Source: Armatimonadota bacterium
GTDB taxonomy: Bacteria > Cloacimonadota > Cloacimonadia > Cloacimonadales > TCS61
NCBI GenBank assembly: GCA_013203665.1
Contig: JABMPU010000108.1
Location: 11,092 to 75,091 of the forward strand
Direction of reading: 5' to 3'
DNA length: 64,000 nucleotides
Part shown: piece by piece, positions 9,304 to 18,227 of the stretch
Layout: the number at the start of each line of letters is the position of its first letter
How positions within the stretch are numbered: position 1 is the stretch's first letter
The notes under the pieces: generated by a model
What the model saw: the letters and a program-made list of their open reading frames with translations, nothing else
Told to the model about the DNA's origin: nothing
Databases searched by the model: none
Translations under genes and position numbers: made by a program

Positions 9304-10287
9304 ATGAAAAATGAAATAATAACTCTTGGTCATGGCAGCGGGGCCGGATTGACCCGTAAACTTATTGAAGAAATTTTCGATAAGAATTTCAAACTTCCTA
9401 CACTGGATGATGCAGTTGAGATCGAGAATAGAATAGTTGTTACAACTGATGCACATGTTATAAAACCAATTTTCTTTCCAGGTGGTGATATCGGTAAACT
9501 TTCCGTTACCGGAACTGTGAACGATGTGAGCATGAGCGGAGCTATTCCCAAATACCTGCTTTCTGCTTTTATTATCGAGGAAGGGTTCAAAATATCTGAT
9601 CTGAAAAAAATAGTTGAGTCCATGAAAAATGCTGCTGAAGAAGCCGGAGTACACATCATAGCCGGAGATACAAAAGTAGTGGAAAAAGGCAAAGCAGACG
9701 GAATTTACATAACTACTACAGGAGTCGGTTTTCTACCAGATGGTGTCCATCTGAGTTCCAAAAACATCAAATCCGGTGATAAGATAATAGTGAATGGAAC
9801 CCTGGGAGATCATACCGTAACTATCATTAATGCACGCGAAAACCTGGAATTAGATCCAACTCCTCAAAGTGATTGTACATCACTCAATGAACTTGTACAA
9901 TTGATGCTAAAAAATGGAGAAATAAAATTCCTGCGTGATGCTACCCGCGGTGGAGTTGCCACTATATTAAATGAAGTTATCGAAGAAACAGGTCTTGGTA
10001 TAATCGTCGAAGAAAATACAATTCCTATTAAAGATGCTACCCAGGCTGTATGTGGACTCCTCGGTCTGGATGCACTTTATATGGCTAACGAGGGTAAACT
10101 GGTTTCATTTGCCAGCGGAGAAACTTCCAACTTAATAGCAGAAATGAAAAAACATGAACACGGAAAAGATTCATCTATTATCGGTGAAGTCACAACCGAA
10201 GTTAAAGGAGTATATCTACGCACTTCAATTGGTGGACTGCGTCCGTTGCTGATGCTGGAATCCGACCCGCTTCCGAGGATATGTTGA
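9304..10287 (+). CDS. hypE: hydrogenase expression/formation protein HypE
   Basis: 327 aa, AIR-synthase-like, with the diagnostic C-terminal PRIC. Confidence 0.9.
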   Translation: MKNEIITLGHGSGAGLTRKLIEEIFDKNFKLPTLDDAVEIENRIVVTTDAHVIKPIFFPGGDIGKLSVTGTVNDVSMSGAIPKYLLSAFIIEEGFKISDLKKIVESMKNAAEEAGVHIIAGDTKVVEKGKADGIYITTTGVGFLPDGVHLSSKNIKSGDKIIVNGTLGDHTVTIINARENLELDPTPQSDCTSLNELVQLMLKNGEIKFLRDATRGGVATILNEVIEETGLGIIVEENTIPIKDATQAVCGLLGLDALYMANEGKLVSFASGETSNLIAEMKKHEHGKDSSIIGEVTTEVKGVYLRTSIGGLRPLLMLESDPLPRIC

Positions 10288-10529
10288 AAACCTTCGGAAC
10301 GGTTTCCATCAGAGAATATCTCACAAATAAACCTTCCGAACGGTTGAATTTGAAAGCTTTCAAGTCGTAAGGAACGAAGTGACAACGACTCGAGGTAAAT
10401 ATACAGAGAACGCTCGACTCGTCGCAATGAAAGGGAAGCTTCACCTCGACTCGTCGCAAGCTTACGAATCGAAATGAAAAATGGATGATAAGCAGGAAAA
10501 AGATTTTCGAGCTGTAGAACTCATCCTGA

Positions 10530-10552
10530 CCTTCTCTTTACCTAAGAGAAGG
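10530..10552 (+). repeat. 9-bp stem hairpin CCTTCTCTT-N5-AAGAGAAGG (member of a dispersed hairpin family)
   Basis: Perfect inverted repeat in the hypE-hypA spacer. Related copies at 18687, 50035 and 54418. Confidence 0.6.
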
Positions 10553-10600
10553 AACTAAACGGAAGAAAATCTTTTAATCTAACTTAATAAGGAAAAGTAA

Positions 10601-10948
10601 ATGCACGAAGGTTCTATAGTAAAATCACTATTTGATATTGCCGGCAAGATAAAAGAAGACGAAAAACTCATCGAAATCCAGAAGGTGAAAGTTGTTATCG
10701 GTAAATTCCACATGATCGTGGATGATGTGTTCCTGATGTATTTCGACCTGATGAAAAAGGAATACAAAGGCTTTGAGAACGCAGAACTTATTATGGAAGA
10801 AAAAGATGTGAAGGTTAAATGCAAAAAGTGCAATGAAATCTTTATGATCGAGGACCCTATCTTTATCTGTCCCAAATGTGAATCATTCGACACGGAAATT
10901 ATCCAGGGAAATGAGCTGCACATTAAAACAATGGAAGGAATGAAATAA
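10601..10948 (+). CDS. hypA: hydrogenase nickel incorporation protein HypA
   Basis: 115 aa. MHEGSI N-terminus (Ni site) and CKKC...CPKC zinc motif. Confidence 0.85.
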   Translation: MHEGSIVKSLFDIAGKIKEDEKLIEIQKVKVVIGKFHMIVDDVFLMYFDLMKKEYKGFENAELIMEEKDVKVKCKKCNEIFMIEDPIFICPKCESFDTEIIQGNELHIKTMEGMK

Positions 10949-10965
10949 TTTGGAAAGGAGATGGT

Positions 10966-12861
10966 ATGAATAAAAAATCATTTTCAATTCGTTTTATATT
11001 AATAATTTTCTTCATATTTGTTTGCATGATATGTTTTTCACAAAATACAATATTAACCATCAATGATGTAAGAAGCAAGTATCCTGATCTTGACCAATAT
11101 AACGAAGTTGCATTGAACAATCTTGGCTATCAACTCATAAAGCAGGATAAAATAGAGGAAGCCATCGAGATTTTCAGATTTAACTGTAAAACTTATCCTG
11201 AATCGTGGAATGTATACGACAGTTTGGCTGAAGCCTACATGATAACCGGAGAAAGAGACCTTGCAATTCTGAATTATGAAAAATCCATAGAACTAAATCC
11301 GGCAAGTGTAAATGGAAAAAGAATACTGGAAAAATTGAAAAATCCTGTTTTAGCAGAATTCACTGGAAATTATGAATTCTATCATGAAGAAAAATATATT
11401 GTTCTTACTCTTTATATCGAAAACGGTAAATTGATGGGAATCGAACCTCCCGATGACCCAATTGAAATTAAAGCATTGAACCTGGAAAAACTCGAATTCA
11501 AAGCTGAGGAGGAAGGACATGAATATTTCATCACATTTATGCTAAATGAAAAGAGAGAAATCTCCGGGATCAAATGGGTTGATGAAGATGTTACATTATT
11601 CGCAGAAAAAATTAAAACCAGAGATAAAAAATCCGAATTTTCAGTAAAAGAATTACAGGAAGATTTCCATCAGATGAGACAAACACTCCAAGAAAATCAT
11701 GCAAATTTATATGAATACACAGACAAAGGAACCTTCGATAAGCTATTTGAGCAGCAATATAATCTTATAGATAAACCCATGAATCTGAACGAATTTTTCA
11801 AATTACTCACTCCTATAACTGCACGAGTTGGCTGTGGACATACAAATCTGTGGATGCCGGATGAATTTTGGAATTCAGGTCGTGACAAACTATTTCCTCT
11901 TCAGATAACATTAATAGAAGGTTATGCTGTAGTAACAGGTGATTACAATAGCAAATCATTGGTTCCTGTAGGGAGCATTGTTTTGGAAATTAACGACATA
12001 TCCATCAACGACATCATAGAAGAAATGAAGTTCAATTATTCTGCAGATGCCATGAATGAAAATTTCATCCTCTCCCAGATCGAAAGACGATTCTCTTTGA
12101 TCTATGCTAGAAGGTTCGGATTTCCGGAAAAATTCACTGTTACTTATGCCCTGCCCGGACGAAAAACCAGCGAAACTGCTGAATTTAATCCTGCTAATAT
12201 CCCGGCTGTAAGAGCTGTTGTTTTTGAAAATTTTAATCATCCTGAACTTGGCTTTGAAGTTATGCAAGAAAAAAGTACAGCCATCATGACCATTCAAACA
12301 TTCATTTATTATGATCGTGTTCCCATGTTCAAAGCATTCCTGGAAAGTTGTTTCGTGGAAATCCATGAAAAGAAAATAGAAAACCTGATTCTGGATCTAC
12401 GCGGAAACGACGGAGGTGACCCCTTCTGTGCTGCTCCGTTGTTCTCATATTTAGAACACGAGCCGGTTCCATATTTTGCAGAACCGATTCCTCTGGCTGA
12501 AAATCGCTTTACAGGAAATTTGTTCACTCTCATCAACGGTCGCTGCTTTTCTACAAATGGACATTTTTGTTCTCTCTTAAAATACCATAAAATCGGTAAA
12601 TTCGTTGGCTCTGAGGGTGGAGCAACCTACAAATGCAATGCTGGTAAAAATACGCAGATCAATCTAAAAAATACAAGAATAATGCTGTATTTCGGACGAA
12701 GCACTTATGCAGCAGCAGTAGAAGGAATGGACAAAACACGCGGCATTTTACCAGATTATACTGTTGAACAAACCTACCGGGATTTCCTTGATGGAAAAGA
12801 CACTATTATGGAATATACTTTGAAATTGATCAAGAGCTTGAAGATTATCAAGCAGAATTAA
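10966..12861 (+). CDS. secreted TPR plus S41-family peptidase
   Basis: Signal-like N-terminus, TPR-like segment (EEAIEIFRFNCKTYPESWNVYDSLAEAY), and S41-like LILDLRGNDGGD followed by LINGRCFSTNGHF. Confidence 0.6.
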   Translation: MNKKSFSIRFILIIFFIFVCMICFSQNTILTINDVRSKYPDLDQYNEVALNNLGYQLIKQDKIEEAIEIFRFNCKTYPESWNVYDSLAEAYMITGERDLAILNYEKSIELNPASVNGKRILEKLKNPVLAEFTGNYEFYHEEKYIVLTLYIENGKLMGIEPPDDPIEIKALNLEKLEFKAEEEGHEYFITFMLNEKREISGIKWVDEDVTLFAEKIKTRDKKSEFSVKELQEDFHQMRQTLQENHANLYEYTDKGTFDKLFEQQYNLIDKPMNLNEFFKLLTPITARVGCGHTNLWMPDEFWNSGRDKLFPLQITLIEGYAVVTGDYNSKSLVPVGSIVLEINDISINDIIEEMKFNYSADAMNENFILSQIERRFSLIYARRFGFPEKFTVTYALPGRKTSETAEFNPANIPAVRAVVFENFNHPELGFEVMQEKSTAIMTIQTFIYYDRVPMFKAFLESCFVEIHEKKIENLILDLRGNDGGDPFCAAPLFSYLEHEPVPYFAEPIPLAENRFTGNLFTLINGRCFSTNGHFCSLLKYHKIGKFVGSEGGATYKCNAGKNTQINLKNTRIMLYFGRSTYAAAVEGMDKTRGILPDYTVEQTYRDFLDGKDTIMEYTLKLIKSLKIIKQN

Positions 12862-12870
12862 ACAAAAAAT

Positions 12871-12898
12871 TTGACATCACACCGCTACCAATTAAATT
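12871..12898 (+). promoter_or_regulatory. candidate sigma70-type promoter for hicAB
   Basis: TTGACA (12871-12876), 16-nt spacer, TAAATT (12893-12898); AAAGGA RBS before ATG at 12917. Confidence 0.3.
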
Positions 12899-12916
12899 TG
12901 GTAAAGGATAGAGCAG

Positions 12917-13099
12917 ATGCCTTTAAGTGGAAAAGAGATGTTAGCTCTTTATGAAAAACAAAATTGGGTTGTTCTACGTAAAAGAGGTAGTCACGTAATA
13001 ATTGGCAAACAAAACCTACGGCAGACGATACCCATGCACAAAGAGCTGAAGAAAGGATTGGAAAGAAAATTATTAACGACCTTGAAAGAAGGAGATTGA
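12917..13099 (+). CDS. hicA: HicA-family mRNA interferase toxin
   Basis: 60 aa. ...WVVLRKRGSHVII...TIPMHKELKKGLERKLL matches the HicA/YcfA pattern. Confidence 0.75.
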   Translation: MPLSGKEMLALYEKQNWVVLRKRGSHVIIGKQNLRQTIPMHKELKKGLERKLLTTLKEGD

Positions 13100-13530
13100 C
13101 CATGTATTATAATTTTAAAGCTCACCCGGAAGATAAAGGTTTCTGGGCAGAATGCATCGAGCTGGATGGATGCCAGACTCAAGGAGATTCTATTGAAGAA
13201 CTCAAAAGTAATATGCATCAGGCTTTAAATCTTTATCTATCTGAACCGGATGATTCTACTGTTATTTATGATCTCCCTCAAAAGAACTTAGTCGCTCAAA
13301 ATGTTTATCAAATAAATGTAGAACCAAAAGTCGCACTTTCATTTCTTCTTCGCAGGTATAGACTTTTGCATAATTTAACTCAGAAGCAGGCTGCAGAAAA
13401 AATCGGAATGAAAAACCTCTGGAGTTATCAAAAATTCGAGAAACCAGCTTCTGCCAATCCAACCTTATCCATGCTTGCCAAATTCAAAGAAGTCTTCCCC
13501 GATCTTAATCTGGATTATATTTTTTCTTAA
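13096..13530 (+). CDS. hicB: HicB-family antitoxin with C-terminal XRE-type HTH
   Basis: UPF0150-like N-terminus (FWAECIELDGCQTQGDSIEELKSNMHQAL) plus HTH (LTQKQAAEKIGM). 4-nt overlap with hicA. Confidence 0.75.
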   Translation: MTMYYNFKAHPEDKGFWAECIELDGCQTQGDSIEELKSNMHQALNLYLSEPDDSTVIYDLPQKNLVAQNVYQINVEPKVALSFLLRRYRLLHNLTQKQAAEKIGMKNLWSYQKFEKPASANPTLSMLAKFKEVFPDLNLDYIFS

Positions 13531-13553
13531 ATGCTTGCTTGAGTTTATCACCT

Positions 13554-13625
13554 AACCGCTTAGTATCCCCCTTTGGCTTGTCGCGGCGGAGTATCACGAA
13601 GACGGAAAGGGGAAATTAAAGGAGG
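13554..13625 (+). repeat. stem-loop element with conserved flanks (AACCGCTTAGTATCCCC ... GGGGAAATTAAAGGAGG)
   Basis: The left flank matches the second copy at 15161-15213 at 15 of 17 positions and the right flank is similar; the interior differs. Confidence 0.65.
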
Positions 13626-13635
13626 TTCAAAAAAC

Positions 13636-14163
13636 ATGGAAACCTTCATAGAATCCAAACTATTAGAAAAAAATCCACTCTTTCGCCAGCAAAGAGAAAA
13701 ATCGCTAAATCAACTTGATATCAATACTATCGACGCACCCATAAAAGAAGTAATCAACTGTTTTTCAAATCTTCCATATTGCTTTACACTTCAATGTTGT
13801 TATGGTCATTTTCTGTATGATAATCAGAAGAATCCCCAAAACTTCGAGCCCCTGCCAAATTTGGACATCAACTCCAAAGTTGAATACAGAATATCATACA
13901 TCGCATTCTGCATCCGGAATAACCAGCAGGGAAGAAAGCTATTACATGAACTAAAAAAAATCCCTGCAATTGACCCGGATTATGTTCAGTTCTGCTGTGC
14001 GGACTGGTTCTGGGAAAGACAGGTTAATTCTTATGCTCTGCAGGTTGAACCGGAAAGATATAAAAGAGAAGATAAGATCACTGTAAATTTTCAAGAAGCA
14101 TTACATATAGAAAACATAAGAAATGAATTCTTTAGAAGATTTGAAAAAATGTTTGACAAATAA
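13636..14163 (+). CDS. hypothetical Cys-rich cytoplasmic protein (175 aa)
   Basis: ATG at 13636 follows AAAGGAGG. Motifs CFTLQCCYGHF and FCCADWFWE. No family recognised. Confidence 0.5.
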   Translation: METFIESKLLEKNPLFRQQREKSLNQLDINTIDAPIKEVINCFSNLPYCFTLQCCYGHFLYDNQKNPQNFEPLPNLDINSKVEYRISYIAFCIRNNQQGRKLLHELKKIPAIDPDYVQFCCADWFWERQVNSYALQVEPERYKREDKITVNFQEALHIENIRNEFFRRFEKMFDK

Positions 14164-14378
14164 AATTCAAAACCAGTTATTCAAATGTGTATTTTTAAAG
14201 AGGATTTTGCAAAATGAAAAAGGACTTTCTTTCTGAGGAAAATTTGCAAAGGCTAACTTTCGAAGAATCTCATTATAAGCGGAGATCCTTCATAGGAAAA
14301 GCAAGTCGAATTCTTCAGGATGACAAGAAAATTCTATTTTGCGGAATTCATTGCATTTAAAATGAAAAGGAGGAAATC

Positions 14379-15122
14379 ATGAAATGCAAAGTAATATTAA
14401 CAGCTTTGATTGTCGGATTCTTATTTATTATGAGTAGTTGTGAAGATGAAGAATGCCCGACTAGCCCCACAAATCCAGCTGACCAGCCATACAATATTAC
14501 TATAGATCCTGCTGATTTTGTGGATACTATCACAGGTAATACATTCATGCCCTTAGTATCCGGAACCACTTTTTTCTATGAAGGTGAAGATGAAGACGGC
14601 ATTTTGGTTGAAGTAGAAGAATATATTACAGATTCGCTTATAATAATTATGGGTGTAACCTGTATTGTGGTGGAAGCTACAGAATATGAAGATGGAGATT
14701 TAGTAGAAGATACAGACGATTGGTATGCTCAGGATCTGGATGGAAATATCTGGTATTTTGGAGAATATTCGGAGGAATATGAAGATGGACAGGTTGTAAG
14801 TACAGAAGGTTCCTGGGAAGCAGGAGTTGACGGTGCTCTTCCAGGTATAATCATGCTGGCAGATCCAATCGTGGGATTGTGGTACAGACAGGAATATTAT
14901 GAAGGTGAAGCTGAAGACTGTGCACAGATTCTAAGCTTGGATGCTTCGGTAACAGTACCCTTTGGAATATATGATAACTGTCTGCAAACTGCTGAATGGA
15001 ATCCTCTGGAACCTGGCATTGTTGAACACAAGTTTTATGCTGCGGACGTAGGTTTATTGAGAGCTATAGCAGTAGAAGGTGAAACCGGATTTGAAGATCT
15101 CGTTAATATAGTTGCTCCATAA
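14379..15122 (+). CDS. acidic lipoprotein, unknown function
   Basis: Signal peptide with a lipobox-like IMSSC. Very D/E-rich mature part with a GNIWYFGEY motif. GGAGG RBS. Confidence 0.6.
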   Translation: MKCKVILTALIVGFLFIMSSCEDEECPTSPTNPADQPYNITIDPADFVDTITGNTFMPLVSGTTFFYEGEDEDGILVEVEEYITDSLIIIMGVTCIVVEATEYEDGDLVEDTDDWYAQDLDGNIWYFGEYSEEYEDGQVVSTEGSWEAGVDGALPGIIMLADPIVGLWYRQEYYEGEAEDCAQILSLDASVTVPFGIYDNCLQTAEWNPLEPGIVEHKFYAADVGLLRAIAVEGETGFEDLVNIVAP

Positions 15123-15160
15123 TCTTTATTAGCACGGTCAACTCATCTTGTAAAAGCTTG

Positions 15161-15213
15161 AACCGCTTTGTGTCCCCTGACCACTCGTGAGTGGTTCAGG
15201 GGAATTAAAGGGG
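15161..15213 (+). repeat. second copy of the conserved-flank stem-loop element
   Basis: AACCGCTTTGTGTCCCC, then TGACCACTCGTGAGTGGTTCA (near-perfect palindrome), then GGGGAATTAAAGGGG. Confidence 0.65.
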
Positions 15214-15293
15214 ATTAATATAAAATATTTGACAGGTAAGAATGAATATCTGATTTTCTCATTAATATTTTTTATAGAATTGAAGGAATAGAA

Positions 15294-16091
15294 ATGAAAT
15301 CTTTTAAAAACAATAAATTTTTTAATTTATTACGACATATTAATCGTATTATAAGAAAATTATTAAAAAATTTGAATATCAAACTGAGTCATGAAGACAA
15401 TTTATATCCAGCAATTTTATTATTCCATTTATCTAAGTTGTATTCCTTATCTATCGTATCATATTATTTGATGAAAAAGAAGTACAGTCGAGAATCAGAC
15501 ATCATCTTAAGAAGCTTCTGGGAAACTTATGTAAATTTGTTTTATATTTCTCAAAAACCCAAAATAAGGTCTCATCAATATCGTATGGATGAGGTTCAAA
15601 CAATAATAGCAAGAAACAATATCCAGGTAAAATACAATGATGAAGAGGCTCAAATAATAAATAGTATTCACATTGAGGAAGCAATAATAGAACTTGAAAA
15701 AGTAAAAAAATATTTGATGAAAATTGATTCAGAAACAGATTATGAAAAATTTAAATGGAAATCAATATCAGTGGAAACAAAATCCAGAGAATTAGGATTA
15801 TCTGAAGATTACGACTTCATTTATAGAAGTTTTTCTAAAATAACACATCCATCATCTACAACAGGACAGAATTATATAGCAACCAAGAAAGACATTGTTA
15901 AATCTATAGTTCCAGTTAAATTTATAGATAAAATGATCCCAGCAAAAGTATTGTTTATTTCACTATACCTAATAAAAACATTAACATTAATCCATGAAGA
16001 TTTTGATTTAAAATCGGACTATAGATTTCTTAATAAAAAGATTTTAGACAGCTTAACAAGTTATTTTAATATTCTCAATTCTGAAATTTAG
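15294..16091 (+). CDS. hypothetical helical protein (265 aa); possibly DUF5677-like, uncertain
   Basis: Long ORF in a very AT-rich stretch. Only a vague resemblance (RSFWETYVNLFYI, FSKITHPSS). No catalytic motif recognised. Confidence 0.45.
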   Translation: MKSFKNNKFFNLLRHINRIIRKLLKNLNIKLSHEDNLYPAILLFHLSKLYSLSIVSYYLMKKKYSRESDIILRSFWETYVNLFYISQKPKIRSHQYRMDEVQTIIARNNIQVKYNDEEAQIINSIHIEEAIIELEKVKKYLMKIDSETDYEKFKWKSISVETKSRELGLSEDYDFIYRSFSKITHPSSTTGQNYIATKKDIVKSIVPVKFIDKMIPAKVLFISLYLIKTLTLIHEDFDLKSDYRFLNKKILDSLTSYFNILNSEI

Positions 16092-16138
16092 TAATTTATT
16101 TTTTAGAATCAGATAAGAAAAAAATTGAGGTAAATTAT

Positions 16139-16454
16139 ATGAAACAGTTAATAATTATTTTTTTCATTATGTTTTTTTTTGTCAGCATGTGGCAAAAGTA
16201 GGATTGAGGATCTTGAAAATGAACTAGAAGAAGCTCAAAGTACATTAGAAAATATTGAAAGTGAATTTGATGATGTTCTCTCAGAAATGAAAGATTTAGA
16301 ATCAGCTATTGATGACCTTATGTATGAAATAGATGATTTTTATTATGAAAATTGTAAAGACAATGTCCCAGATGTTGAAAGTGCTGCAGATTGTGTTGAA
16401 TCAGCATTTGACGATTTAGAAAGTGAAATTGATGATATTGAATATGAACTATAA
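16139..16454 (+). pseudogene. acidic coiled-coil lipoprotein gene split by a frameshift in a T9 tract
   Basis: ATG at 16139 (GAGG RBS) encodes MKQLIIIFFIMFFF and stops at 16199. The +1 frame continues (L)SACGKSRIEDLENELEE... to 16454. With T8 instead of T9 (16172-16180) the product is MKQLIIIFFIMFFLSACGKS..., a textbook lipoprotein signal with an LSAC lipobox. Confidence 0.7.
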
Positions 16455-16475
16455 ATTGCATAACAAATAGTTAAG

Positions 16476-17264
16476 ATGTCATATCCTTCAAATTATAGAA
16501 TTTTAGTACATCGATTCTCTGTATCAAAAATTCATATTTTATTACCAATTAGCATTATTATTTTTATAATTAGCTTACACTTTTACTCCGAAGCAGGAAA
16601 ACATCTCACACCATATAGTGTTCATGTTAGAGGTTATTATAGGAGAGATGGGACTTACGTAAGTTCACATTACCGTAGACCACCTGGAAGCGTAACACAC
16701 GACGCTCCTTATGAATCTACAAGAAATGCTTGCAAAACGTTTTTTTTTATTAGTTTTATAATAGGTGGATCTGGTATTTTCTTATTTGTACGCGCAAAAA
16801 AATCAAACATCTTTAGTTTTTATAGAGACGAAGTATATCAGGAAATTTTAAATAAAATCGAATTTACACCTAACTTGTTGCCTAAACCAAAAAACCTGAT
16901 TAACCGTAAATTAAGTAAATATCCTAATATATACAAAACATATTACTGCCAAGACTGTTATAATCCTATTAAATACGATGATTTTCATTATAGTGATCTA
17001 AAGAAATCTAATCCAAACAAATTGTGCTTAAATTGTTTATTTAAACATCTCGATAATCCTCAGGAAAAGGAGATTCAAGAATATTTATTATCATTTTACA
17101 ATGAGAGGAAAAAATTTATTGATTTATTCTCTAAACATTATAAAAAAAACACTAAATCTGAGTTAGAGGATCATGATAAAATATTCAGTTACTTTTTTGA
17201 TATTGCAAAAAAAAAACTCATTGATAACTCTAATTACGGAAATTATATTAGAATAAATTTTTAA
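16476..17264 (+). CDS. hypothetical membrane protein with C-terminal CxxC...CxxC motif
   Basis: Two predicted TM helices, a basic GYYRRDGTYVSSHYRRPPGS segment, and YYCQDCYNP...LCLNCLF. No family recognised. Confidence 0.5.
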   Translation: MSYPSNYRILVHRFSVSKIHILLPISIIIFIISLHFYSEAGKHLTPYSVHVRGYYRRDGTYVSSHYRRPPGSVTHDAPYESTRNACKTFFFISFIIGGSGIFLFVRAKKSNIFSFYRDEVYQEILNKIEFTPNLLPKPKNLINRKLSKYPNIYKTYYCQDCYNPIKYDDFHYSDLKKSNPNKLCLNCLFKHLDNPQEKEIQEYLLSFYNERKKFIDLFSKHYKKNTKSELEDHDKIFSYFFDIAKKKLIDNSNYGNYIRINF

Positions 17265-17461
17265 TATCTATATTATCTAATTTCTTAAGCTTTCCACCCT
17301 GAACTAAACATTTCAGTTCATCCGGCAACTGCCTGATTGAACCAGCACAAAGGGAAATTCGACAGGATTTCATTCTCTACTCACTCTAAGCCGCGAGGTA
17401 AATCCGATATCTAAATAAAATATTTGTTGCCAAAATGCACACAATGTAATAAATTTGTATT

Positions 17462-17743
17462 ATGAAATTATTAAATTGGAATAATGACAAAAATATCTGG
17501 CTTAAACAAAATCGAGGAATTTGTTTTGAGGATATTTTATATTATTTGGAAAATGATTGTCTTTTAGATGATTTGGAACATCCGGATCAGACTAAATATC
17601 CTGATCAAAGAATAATGGTAATTAATATTGAAGGTTATGCTTGTTTAGTTCCATATATCGAAAGTGAAAATGAGATATTCTTAAAAACAATAATTCCAAG
17701 TAGAAAAGCTACAAAGCAGTATCTGGAGGTAAAAAATGATTGA
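17462..17743 (+). CDS. BrnT-like (DUF497-type) toxin, tentative
   Basis: 93 aa. WNNDKNIWLKQNRGICFEDI...RIMVINIEGYACLVPYIESENEIFLKTIIPSRKATKQY follows the BrnT pattern. Overlaps the downstream antitoxin by 8 nt. Confidence 0.55.
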   Translation: MKLLNWNNDKNIWLKQNRGICFEDILYYLENDCLLDDLEHPDQTKYPDQRIMVINIEGYACLVPYIESENEIFLKTIIPSRKATKQYLEVKND

Positions 17744-18011
17744 TAAAATTAATAAAGAAGAACAAGATTTGTTAAAATCATTTGAACGGGGAGAATGGAA
17801 ATCTGTAAATAATTTAGAAAAACGAAAATCTGATTTGAAGAATTATGCCCGGACTACAATGCGAAAAGAAAAAAGAGTGAACATTAGAATTTCCGAAAGA
17901 GACCTTAAAGAATTGCAAAGAAAAGCTGTTCATGAGGGATTGCCATATCAAACATTCATTTCCAGTATTCTTCACAAATTTATTAATGGAAATCTTGGTT
18001 ATCATAAATAG
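17736..18011 (+). CDS. BrnA/CopG-type (RHH) antitoxin
   Basis: KRVNIRISERDLKELQRKAVHEGLPYQTFISSILHKFINGNL is the typical C-terminal pattern of this antitoxin family. Confidence 0.65.
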   Translation: MIDKINKEEQDLLKSFERGEWKSVNNLEKRKSDLKNYARTTMRKEKRVNIRISERDLKELQRKAVHEGLPYQTFISSILHKFINGNLGYHK

Positions 18012-18200
18012 CAAAACTCGACTCTTAGCGAAGTGAGAATTGAGAATTGTGGAAGAGATTTTCATTCTCGTCTCACACTGCGCTGCAAGGCAAGTACGAA
18101 CATCAATAATTTTTTCTAATAAATAAAAAATAATCCCTCCTCTTCGTGTTTCCTTCGCGCCCTTCGCGGCTATAAACTTTTTAATTGACACCCAATCTTC

Positions 18201-18227
18201 GTAACACTTTTCTGCCATTCGTAACAC
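18201..18227 (+). promoter_or_regulatory. candidate NikR operator: GTAACAC-N13-GTAACAC
   Basis: Two identical heptamers (18201-18207 and 18221-18227) 13 nt apart, between a TTGACA (18185-18190) and the nikR RBS. Confidence 0.3.

Noticed and set aside
10288-10600. Structured RNA or hairpin formed by the CTCGACTCGTCGCAA direct repeat (two copies) and an upstream partial inverse copy
   Set aside because: The putative arms pair poorly, with several mismatches in 14 nt. I treat it as another local repeat in the hypE-hypA spacer, not a defined RNA.
14211-14357. 48-codon ORF (MKKDFLSEENLQRL...ILQDDKKILFCGIHCI) between 14163 and 14379
   Set aside because: It is short and has no convincing RBS. Part of it (RILQDDKK) resembles the translation of common intergenic repeat DNA rather than a protein.
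13541-15215. Integron gene cassettes with attC sites
   Set aside because: ACCTAAC at 13549-13555 fits the RYYYAAC inverse core. However, the second element has no matching inverse core, neither has a GTTRRRY core at the 3' side, and no intI-type integrase is present.
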